Source: Phaeosaccion multiseriatum (taxonomy: Eukaryota > Protista > Ochrophyta, other classes). Taken from it: 64,000 bases of DNA. Below the pieces are notes generated by a model. That model was not told where the DNA came from. It did not search any database and was given only the letters and a program-made list of their open reading frames with translations. The stretch covers positions 3,596,001-3,660,000 of the forward strand of contig OZ218952.1 of NCBI GenBank assembly GCA_965112735.1, read 5' to 3'. Shown here piece after piece: positions 37,301 through 46,416 of the stretch (position 1 is the stretch's first letter; each line of letters begins with the position of its first letter). The position numbers were made by a program, and so were the translations under genes.

Positions 37301-38228
37301 GTACCCATCCAAAATTAAGTCAGTGATTGCGCGTACTGTACCTGTAGACCTCATCTCTCAGATCAAACAGCACCTCGGGCGCGGCGTTGCTCTCCACGCT
37401 ATCGAACACGAACACCCTCCCGTCCTTGCTTGTGATGAATACATGATCGCTAACGGGACTGAAGGTGATGTCCACAGGGAAACCGTCCAGCGCCGGCAAG
37501 TTGAGGGACTCTGTAACGAAGCGGGCATCAAGCATGGTGTCTTGCAGCGTGCCTGTGCCCTGGGACAGGACGGTACCTGCATGTGGGAGGTAGGGAGGTA
37601 GGTAGGGAGGGAGGGAGGGAGGGAGGGAGGGAGGGAGGGAGGGAGGGAGGGAGGGAGGGAGGGAGGGAGGGAGGGAGGGAGGGAGGGAGGGAGGGAGGGA
37701 GGGAGGGAGGGAGGGAGGGAGGGAGGGAGGGAGGGAGGGAGGGAGGGAGGGAGGGAGGGAGGGAGGGAGGGAGGGAGGGAGGGAGGGAGGGAGGGAGGGA
37801 GGGAGGGAGGGAGGGAGGGAGGGAGGGAGGGAGGGAGGGAGGGAGGGAGGGAGGGAGGGAGGGAGGGAGGGAGGGAGGGAGGGAGGGAGGGAGGGAGGGA
37901 GGGAGGGAGGGAGGGGAGGAGGGAAGGAGGGAGAGGGAGAGAGAGAGGGACAGAGAGAGAGAGTAGTTGCTGAGAGGGAAAGGCGACCTTGCCACACAGA
38001 GAGCAACTTCAGAGAGTGGCAGAGCACAAGGGAGTAGCAGGAAGGTTAATGGAAGGAAAGGAAGAGTCAGAGGGTGAAGGGGCTATGCATGTTGCGCGAG
38101 GGAAGAGGGGGGGTGGAGACGGGCGGCGTCATCGGGCGTGATATCAAGGAAGACAACATGTCCGGTGAGATAGCCATACCTGCGAGAAGGGCGACGGCAG
38201 CGCATGAAGCGGCTACCGCTATTCTCAT
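28384..38228 (-). CDS. Large secreted protein: signal peptide, GSDH-type PQQ-dependent sugar dehydrogenase propeller, PKD, FN3-like, 3 Cys-rich repeats, C-type lectin and further extracellular domains
   Basis: 13 exons: 38228-38180, 37576-37342, 36800-36314, 36011-35801, 35534-35232, 34844-34678, 34378-33986, 33479-33279, 32739-32626, 32364-30250, 29977-29777 and 29358-28384 listed here, and the ATG may be at 38267. Motifs: FHPDFP, LIEDWC..HH.G, GDG, ARGLRQPFR, NFGWPCYEG, YPEEYKN, GPAPLTLTFD..WDMGNG (PKD), CYY..A..ACQQMGGWLATV..WLGL..C....PYICE (CTL). Confidence 0.85.
29499..29661. repeat. Intronic 9-bp tandem repeat (CATGTTGAT) x18
   Basis: Directly visible, with one variant unit. Confidence 0.95.
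33521..33712. repeat. Intronic 20-bp minisatellite (TGTATGGGTACATGAGCAGG) x~9
   Basis: Directly visible. Confidence 0.9.
37604..37912. repeat. (GGGA)n microsatellite, ~300 bp, in intron 1 of the GSDH gene; similar tracts at 18730-18911, 22280-22340 and 35581-35657
   Basis: Directly visible. Confidence 0.95.
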
Positions 38229-39090
38229 GATGCTGAGCGGTCTCCGCCACCGGGCTTTCCCTTGCATGAAGGGTGATGGGGAGGGATGAGGGTAAAGGTG
38301 AGGGGAAGCAGATCACAGAGTCGGGCAAACAAGTCTGCGGGTGTAAAAAATGTGCTGCACGCTTCTCCCTCGTCTTACCGTTGGTTGCGGCACAGTCAAA
38401 GACCATGCCAGATAAGGACGTTTGGCCTCGAGGTGGCCTGCAGTAAGAGTGGGGGTAGACACATGCATTCGAGAAAAGCATAGATGGACGGATCGAGATG
38501 GGGGGGAGGGGGAGAGAAATGAGGGAGGGAGGCGAGTCATGAACAGTACCGGCGAAAGACAAGTAGTAGACGGGAAAGGGAAAAGACGCAAGGGTGTTAC
38601 TGCGGAATGTTTTACATATTGTGTCCGAATCGGGAGAGGATGAAGGGAAAGCTGCATTCGACCTCCTCCAGGCAGGTCCTCCTAGCCAGGCGCGGAAGGA
38701 AGGAGCTGGAGAAATACACGCGGGAGGCGCAACTTCACATGGGAGCCTCTTAATAAACGGCCGGACAGCCCAGCTCAGTCGAAGTCGCCCCATCAAAGAC
38801 TTACCTAAGCTCTCTTACCGCTGCCGCCTGAAAGAACTATAGCTAGTGCTGCCGCTGCTGCCAGCTGGATTCTATTGCTTATTGCTTGGTTTGATGCATG
38901 GTGTATTGCAACTATTGGTGTGCCCAAACTTTGTCCTGGCGCAAATTCGACCAAATTCCGCCGCGGGCGTTTCGTTTCAGTTTAGTTTTGTGGTTGGTAC
39001 TCCACCCAAACTCACAGCTGGCTTCGGATCCTGCAAAAAAAAAACAAAAAAAAAAAAAAAAAAAAAAAAAAGGAGGAGGAGAAGAGAGCA

Positions 39091-41424
39091 ATGTCGTTGA
39101 GGGGGGTGGTCAGAACCTGCTACTCCTCCTGTATTGGCAGGAGTAGAAGAGGAACCGCAGCAGTAGGAGGAAACACCGCTGCTGAACGGCGTGCCGACTC
39201 TTCTCTCCATCAGCAGAAGCAGCTGCCGCAGCAATGGTCCTGCTACTCTACTAGGGGAAGTGACAAGTCGAGACAGATACGGCTTATGAGGGAGATCCAG
39301 GATCTGGGGAGGAGAAAGGATTGGAAGAAGGTTGCACCTACTCTGGAGCGCGCACGGCGAGAGGGCCTCAAGCCCAACCAGTACTGTTTGAATGCTGCGA
39401 TTACCGCGATTGGGAAGAGTGGGCGGTGGAAGGGCGCTTTGAGACTTCTGGACGAGATGAAAGCAGAAGGACTCTCTCCGGATGTAATCAGCTACAGCTC
39501 CGCCATTGACGCATGCGCCAGAGCCAGCCAACACGTGGAGGCAATGGTTTTACTGAGGGAGATGAAGGCGGAAGGAGTCGCTCCCAATGAAATCAGCTAC
39601 AGCTCCGCCATTGACGCATGCGCCAGAGCCAGCCAACACGTGGAGGCAATGGTTTTACTGAGGGAGATGAAGGCGGAAGGACTCACTCCCAATGAAATCA
39701 GCTACAGCTCCGCCATTAACGCATACGCCAAGGCCAGCCAACACGTGGAGGCATTGGTCTTACTGAAGGAGATGAAGGCGGAAGGACTCGCTCCCAATGA
39801 AATCAGCTACAGCTCCACCATTAACGCATGCGCCAAGGCCAGCCAACACGTGGAGGCAATGAGTTTACTGAGGGAGATGAAGGCGGAAGGACTCGCTCCG
39901 GACGTAATCAGCTACAGCTCCACCATTAACGCATGCGCCAGGGCCAGTCAACACGTGGAGGCAATGGGTTTACTGAGGGAGATGAAGGCGGAAGGACTCG
40001 CTCCCAATGAAATCAGCTACAACTCCACCATTAACGCATGCGCCAAGGCCAGCCAACACGTGGAGGCATTGGTTTTGCTGAGGGAGATGAAGGTGGAAGG
40101 ACTCGCTCCCAATGAAATCAGCTACAACTCCACCATTAACGCATGCGCCAAGGCCAGCCGGCACGTGGAGGCATTGGTTTTGCTGAGGGAGATGAAGGCG
40201 GAAGGACTCGCTCCGGATGAAATCAGCTACAGCTCAACCATTGACGCATGCGCCAAGGCCAGCCAACAGGTGGAGGCAATGCGTTTACTGAGGGAGATGA
40301 AGGCGGAAGGACTCGCCCCCAATGAAATCAGCTACAACTCCACCATTAACGCTTGCGCCAAGGCCAGCCAACACATGGAGGCATTGGTTTTACTGAGGGA
40401 GATGAAGGCGGAAGGACTCGCTCCGGACGTAATCAGCTACAGCTCCACCATTAACGCATGCGCCAGGGCCAGTCAACACGTGGAGGCAATGGGTTTACTG
40501 AGGGAGATGAAGGCGGAAGGACTCGCTCCCAATGAAATCAGCTATAACTCCACCATTAACGCATACGCCAGGGCCAGCCAACACGTGGAGGCATTGGTTT
40601 TACTGAGGGAGATGAAGGCGGAAGGACTCGCTCCCAATGAAATCAGCCACAACTCCACCATTAACGCTTGCGCCAAGGCCAGCCAACACGTGGAAGCATT
40701 GGTTTTGCTGAGGGAGATGAAGGCGGAAGGACTCGCCCCCAATGAAATCAGCTACAACTCCACCATTAACGCATGCGCCAAGGCCAGCCAACACGTGGAG
40801 GCATTGGCTTTACTGAGGGAGATGAAGGCAGAAGGACTGACTCCCAATGAAATCAGCTACAGCTCAACCATTAACGCATGCGCCAGGGCCAGCCAACACG
40901 TGGAGGCAATGCGTTTACTGAGGGAGATGAAGGCAGAAGGACTCGCTCCCAATGCAATCAGCTACAGCTCGACCATTGACGCATTCGCCAAGGCCAACAA
41001 CCATGTGGAGGTCCTTAAGCTTTTCAGTGAGATGAAGGCAGAAGGACTCCCTCCCGACGTAGTCAGCTACAGCGCCACCATTGATGCTCTGCAGGAGGGT
41101 GGCGACGAGGAGGCTGCTGACGAGCTGTACGCAGAGGCCGTATCGCAAGGGGTCTTGAATCACTGGAGGAAAGGGGGGCAGTTGATGGACTTGCACGAGT
41201 TCAGCAGGGGAACGAGCAAGGCAGCGCTTCGTCACGTGCTCTCAGAGGCGAAGTCGGGGGCTGAGATCAAAGTCATCACAGGCCGAGGCCGAGGTAGTGA
41301 GGACGGCGTCAGCGTTCTCAAGCCCGTGGTGCTGGCCTATTTGCAGGAGACGGCGGGCGTCGACGTGTGGGAAGATGAGCGCAACCCAGGGAGGGTGGTG
41401 ATGCGGGTCAGTGGTGGAAAGTAA
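39091..41424 (+). CDS. Intronless P-class PPR protein with C-terminal Smr domain (PPR-SMR), probable organellar targeting peptide
   Basis: 777-aa single ORF with 35-aa repeats xISY(S/N)S(A/T)I(N/D)ACA(K/R)ASQHVEAxxLLREMKAEGLAP(N/D). Smr motifs MDLHEFS, VITGRGRGS and NPGRV. Arg/Ser-rich N-terminus. Confidence 0.95.
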   Translation: MSLRGVVRTCYSSCIGRSRRGTAAVGGNTAAERRADSSLHQQKQLPQQWSCYSTRGSDKSRQIRLMREIQDLGRRKDWKKVAPTLERARREGLKPNQYCLNAAITAIGKSGRWKGALRLLDEMKAEGLSPDVISYSSAIDACARASQHVEAMVLLREMKAEGVAPNEISYSSAIDACARASQHVEAMVLLREMKAEGLTPNEISYSSAINAYAKASQHVEALVLLKEMKAEGLAPNEISYSSTINACAKASQHVEAMSLLREMKAEGLAPDVISYSSTINACARASQHVEAMGLLREMKAEGLAPNEISYNSTINACAKASQHVEALVLLREMKVEGLAPNEISYNSTINACAKASRHVEALVLLREMKAEGLAPDEISYSSTIDACAKASQQVEAMRLLREMKAEGLAPNEISYNSTINACAKASQHMEALVLLREMKAEGLAPDVISYSSTINACARASQHVEAMGLLREMKAEGLAPNEISYNSTINAYARASQHVEALVLLREMKAEGLAPNEISHNSTINACAKASQHVEALVLLREMKAEGLAPNEISYNSTINACAKASQHVEALALLREMKAEGLTPNEISYSSTINACARASQHVEAMRLLREMKAEGLAPNAISYSSTIDAFAKANNHVEVLKLFSEMKAEGLPPDVVSYSATIDALQEGGDEEAADELYAEAVSQGVLNHWRKGGQLMDLHEFSRGTSKAALRHVLSEAKSGAEIKVITGRGRGSEDGVSVLKPVVLAYLQETAGVDVWEDERNPGRVVMRVSGGK
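39484..41058 (+). repeat. Fifteen near-identical 105-bp PPR-coding tandem repeats
   Basis: Exact 105-bp periodicity from 39484 to 41058. Confidence 0.95.
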
Positions 41425-41528
41425 GGTACAGGTTCATTGGCTCAGCAGCTTTCGGCTCTTCCCTTAACGAAAATATAATTGTAGGTCTTATCGAAAAACG
41501 TTGCGGCCTCCTCCCTCCCCGTCCACCT

Positions 41529-41830
41529 CTGCCTCTGTCTCTCTGCCTCCAGTCCACCAGCTGCTTTGATCCTCGCCTGCAGGGCATGTCTGCCTCTGTC
41601 TCTCTGCCTCCCGTCCTCCAGCTGCTTTGATCCTCGCCTGCAGGGCATGTCTGCCTCTGTCTCTCTGCCTCCCGTCCACCAGCTGCTTTGATCCTCGCCT
41701 GCAGGGTATGTCTGCCTCTGTCTCTCTGCCTCCCGTCCTCCAGCTGCTTTGATCCTCGCCTCCAGGGCATGTCTGCCTCTGTCTCTCTGTCTTCCGTCCT
41801 CCAGCTGCTTTGATTCTTCGCCTCCAGGGC
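41529..41830. repeat. 61-bp minisatellite x5 in the convergent spacer
   Basis: Units CTGCCTCTGTCTCTCTGCCTCCCGTCCTCCAGCTGCTTTGATCCTCGCCTGCAGGGCATGT start at 41529, 41590, 41651, 41712 and 41773. Confidence 0.95.
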
Positions 41831-41866
41831 GGGGAGGGTGGCCACCCGACACCCTGCCGACACGTG

Positions 41867-43221
41867 CTATTCCTCAAAGTCGGAGGCGTACTTGTCGTCC
41901 TCTCCTTCATTCTGCTCCTTCGTGCCGCCCTCCTTCCCCTCGCTTGCCTCTGGGGTTGGGGTCGGTGTTTCCGCCTCCATGATATCTTTTCCTACCCTCC
42001 GCTGCTCCTCCTCCTCCTCCTGCGGACCCCCCTGTTCCTCCTGTTCCTCCTGTTCCTCCTTCTCCTGCTGCTGCCTTGCAGTCTCCGACACACCGGCGGT
42101 CTGTGTTTCACGTACCACGGCCGCAGAGGCAGTTGTAAAGTATTTCCCACCCTCTGTGAAGATCCTACCCCTGTGTCCAATCTCTTGCACCTCTCCCTCG
42201 ACAAAAGCTTCCTCGGTCACCGCCTCCGCTTCTTCTTCATCTTCTTCTTCTCCCTTGTGATTCTCCCCGTCCCGCTCGCACCCTTCTTCTCCTCCTCCTC
42301 CTTCTCCTCCTTCTTCATCTCCTCCATCACGTCGCTCAATCCCTTGTAGAGGAGGGGGGCCACCTGTTGCCTCCTCCCCCCCTTCGTCGCCATCGTTCCC
42401 TGCAACGGAGCCTCTGGCCCCAGCCGTTACTACTACCGGAGGGCTAGCGCGGGAAGTATCCCTGGCAGCAAGTTGTAAAGCTTCTGCGGAAGCAAGTGGT
42501 AAAGCTTCTGCAGAGCCCCTCCGTCTCCTCCTCCTCGCAGCTCCTTTCGGTGGGGTCTCCCCCGTTGCCGGCGGCCGGGCCACCACCCCTGGCACCAAGG
42601 GGGTCACCGCCCCAGCGCTCACGCCCGCGCCCGCGCCCGCCCCTCCACCCTCCGCCTCCTCCTTCTCACCTGCTCCCCCCGCTGCTTTGATGAGGGCCGA
42701 AATTGTGTTTGCTCGGGCTGCTTCACGCCCTATTCGACCAGGTAGGCTGCTTCTCCTCCTCTGCGGCTGCGCTGCAAGGCCGTCGTGAGGAAGAGGCGGC
42801 GGCGAAGGGTTCCTCATCCCGGGCTTGGTCGCCACCACGGTCAGCCCTCTCTTGTTCACGCCACTCTTGCCATCGACAGAAGCAGTTCTTGCTGTGCTTC
42901 TTCCTGAAGCTGCGGCGGATGGTGCACCATGCTTCCGCTCTGTCTCCGCACCGCCTTTCCCTCCATCATTGGCTGCCGCCACCGCCGCCGCCGCTGCCGC
43001 AGCAGCAGCAGCAGCAGCAGCGGCAGAAGCAAGACCTCTGCCTGCCGTCGCCGCTGCTTCCGATGCCTTCCGCCGGCGCTCCTGCTGCTGTTTAAGCTTG
43101 AGCTGCCTCTCGTGGTGCTCGTTACGCAACAGACTCGAACCAGAGAGCCTTCGCACGCCGCTCGCTCGGCCCTTCTTGACCGATGTAGCAGTAGCAGTTG
43201 GTGGTGCAGCAGCAGCAGCAA

Positions 43222-43253
<32 letters not shown>

Positions 43254-43556
43254 GCAGCAGGAGGAGGAGGAGCCGAAGGGACGGGCTTTGCGGTTGGCGC
43301 CTTCGCTTTCCCCTTCCCTCCCACTGCTGCGCCTGGGGCCACCCCTACCGCGGCAGCTCGAGTGAGTTGGACTTGGACAGGAGGGGTGCCGCTTGAGGTC
43401 GAGGCAGGGATCGGGGCCGATATCGATGTCGAAGACGAGGAGGAAGCCGTGGGGCGTTGAAGCAGGCTCTTCCTGCGAGCCCTCGTTGCCTTCCCGCTGC
43501 TGCCCATATGACTGCTGCTGCTGTTCTCGCCGCCCCCAACTCGGGCTGGTGCTTGC

Positions 43557-43597
<41 letters not shown>

Positions 43598-46384
43598 CTG
43601 ACTTTCCTTCGCCGCACCGCTGTCCGCGCTTCCGCTGCTTGTGTCGCGGACCTTCGCTATGGAGCCTTCGGCCTCTGCTGCTACTGCTACCGCTGCTGCT
43701 GCTGCTCCTCCTGCTGCTGCTGCTGCTGCTGCTACTGCTACTGCTGCATCACCAACTGCTCCTGTTCCTGCTGCTGCGCCGACGTCTTGGTCTTGGGTCC
43801 CGTTGCTCGACTCCGACGGGTCCGCCTCTGTGCATGAAGCAGCAGCAACAGTTGGTGATACAGTAGCCGGAGAGGGCATCGGTGCCTTCCCCTCCGCGTC
43901 TCCGACCTCAGCCAAGACAGAGGCCGATGGCTCTTCTGCTTCTCTTGCCCGCACGAGCGCATCTCCGGTGCCGCTGCTTCCTCCCACACCTTCCACTGCC
44001 ACCCCCTCCCCTCCTCCCGCCTCTCCCCGTGTCCCTCTCGCTCCCTTCACGCCTTCGTGTGGCTCCTCGGTGGGGGCTGCTGTATTACCAACTGCTCTAT
44101 TACCACCGCTGCCTTCGTCGCCAGCTTCACCTTCACTCTCCAACACCATCGCCAAGGCTTGGGTACCGGGAGTAGTGCCAACCTCAATTTCCCCCTCTGT
44201 GGCGCTTCCCTCTCTTACAGCGGCATCATCTACATTTACATCTCCAGTCCCGACTGAGGTTTCTACGACCAACTGCTTCCGCTGCTGCTTCTGCCCAGTA
44301 CTGCAAGTCGAAGTCGATGCCGCTCCACCGGACAACTCGGGCTCCTCCTCCTCCTCCTCTCCCTCCTCTCCCTCCTCCTTCGAAGCAATGTGATTGGACT
44401 CCTCCTCCTCCTCAGTAGCTGTTCCATTGGACTCCTTCCCCTCCTCTGCATCTTGCCCTCCTCCCAGTGACGACGGCTGCTGCTGCTGCTGCTGCTGCTG
44501 CGTCACCACGGCGGCTCCAACCTCAACTTCAACTTCAACCTCAGCCTCAACCTCGGTGTCCTGAGATGGCGGAGAATCAGGGGTTTCCGTGTCGCCATCC
44601 CCGCTCACCTTGCCACCCGACGTCAAGGAGGAAGCCCTTCTTGACTCTCCCGATCCAGAGGGCAGTGGTGTGGGCAGAAGCGGTGCTGCCTCCTCCTCGG
44701 GCTCTACCAAAGCCCCCACAGTCCCCTTGCTCATGCCCTCCGGGGTGCTGGAAACCCCTTCGCTCTTTGCGCCTTCCCTGCTCTGCTCTCCTCCTCCGTC
44801 TTCCGCTTTTTCTCCTCCTCCTCCCCCTCCTCCTTGTACTGTCTCAGTAAGTATTCCTCCTTCTCCTCCTCCTCCTTCCCGTCCTCCTGGTGCTGCAGCG
44901 CTTGCATCAGTACACGGCAGCGGCTTCCCCTCCCCCTCCTTCTTCTCCTCCCCCTCCCTCTCGCCCCCCTTCTTGTTGTTCTTGCCGTTGGCCTCGGTCC
45001 TCCACCACTCCAAGTAGCGTTGCCGTATGCTCGCCTGGGTCCTGCCCCCCGATGTCCTGGCATCATCTCCTTCGTCTTGTCCCTTTCCGACGTCCAGCCG
45101 CTCTGCACCGGCACTCGATCCCTCGCCTGCTGTATCACCAACTGCTGCGGCTACTGCGACTGCCCCAGAGGAGCGGCCCTCTCTACTTCGCTGCCGAAGC
45201 GCGTCAAGGGCAATACCGCTGTCGCCGCCCGCTGCAGAAGATCCCTCTACCCCTTCGCTCTCTGCCCCCTCCGTTGCCTTCGGCCGTGCTCCTGCTCCTG
45301 CTCCTGCCCCCGTTCCTGCCTCGGCCTCTGTCGAGAGATGTGGGGCGGTGACCGAAGGTTCCACATCCATCGTCAGTTCGAGCAGCTTGCTGGTTGCTGC
45401 TGTATCACCAACTGCCAAAGCTGCTGCTGTCCGCGCTGCTACCTGCCCTTGCCCTGCTGTGCCCCCCCCCCCCCCTCCTCCTCCTCTTCCTCCTCCTCCT
45501 CCTCCCGCTGCTGCTGCTGCTGCTGCTGCTGCCGCTACTGTATGCTGTACCGACCCGCCCCCCAACCCCGACCCCGACGGCCGCCTCCATAAATGATCAG
45601 GCTGCTCGCCGCCCTGCCAGCCCTTTCCCCGGTCTGCTTCGAGGGCCCTCAGCATCGCCAGAGCCTCCTCCTTCTCCTGCTGCAGCTCGCCCATATGCGT
45701 CCGCTTCTTACCGATCATGTGCTTGGCCTTGGCCGCCTCCGAGCGGCGCCGCGCCACCTCCACGGCATCCACAGTCGTCGCCATCTTCTCTGTCGCTGCC
45801 GCTGCTGCCACCGGTGCTGTATCACCAACTGCTACTGCTGCTTCTGTTGCTGCGGCTTCCCCTTCGTCCCAGTTGAGGTGATTGCTTCCCCGGAAGGCCT
45901 TGCCCTGGACGTCTTGCCCGTGTACCTCCTCCTCCTCCTCCTCCCCTTCTTTTTCTTCTTCTTCTGCTTCTTCTTGTTCTTGTTCTTGTTCTTGTTCTTG
46001 TTCTTCTTCGTCTTCTTCATCACCATCATCGACATCATCATCATCTTCTTCTTCTCCCCCCCCACCCCCGGTCTCGCTGCTCCACCCATCCAACACACGT
46101 CCCCCGCCGTCGGAGTCTCCATCCAAATACGTAAAGCTGGCCTTGGCCGGGGGGAAGCGCGAGCGGTCCACAGTACTGGCACTGGACACTGGCGGCTGGT
46201 CTATAGCACTGGCACTGGACACTGGCGGCTGTTCGTAGTGTCCCCTCTGCTCGGCGCTGCTGCGGCTGCTGCTGCCGGTCATTGCCTTGCCCCCTGCCGC
46301 CCCCCGACTCCTCCGCTTCAGCTTGGCCTTGAGCAAACCCCTCGTCGACCCCCGCACAGGGCTGCACAGTGCCGTCGTTGCTGC

Positions 46385-46416
<32 letters not shown>

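Noticed and set aside
38960-39034. tRNA or tRNA-derived SINE before the A-tract
   Set aside because: Only a weak B-box-like GGCTTCGGATCC; no cloverleaf or convincing A-box.
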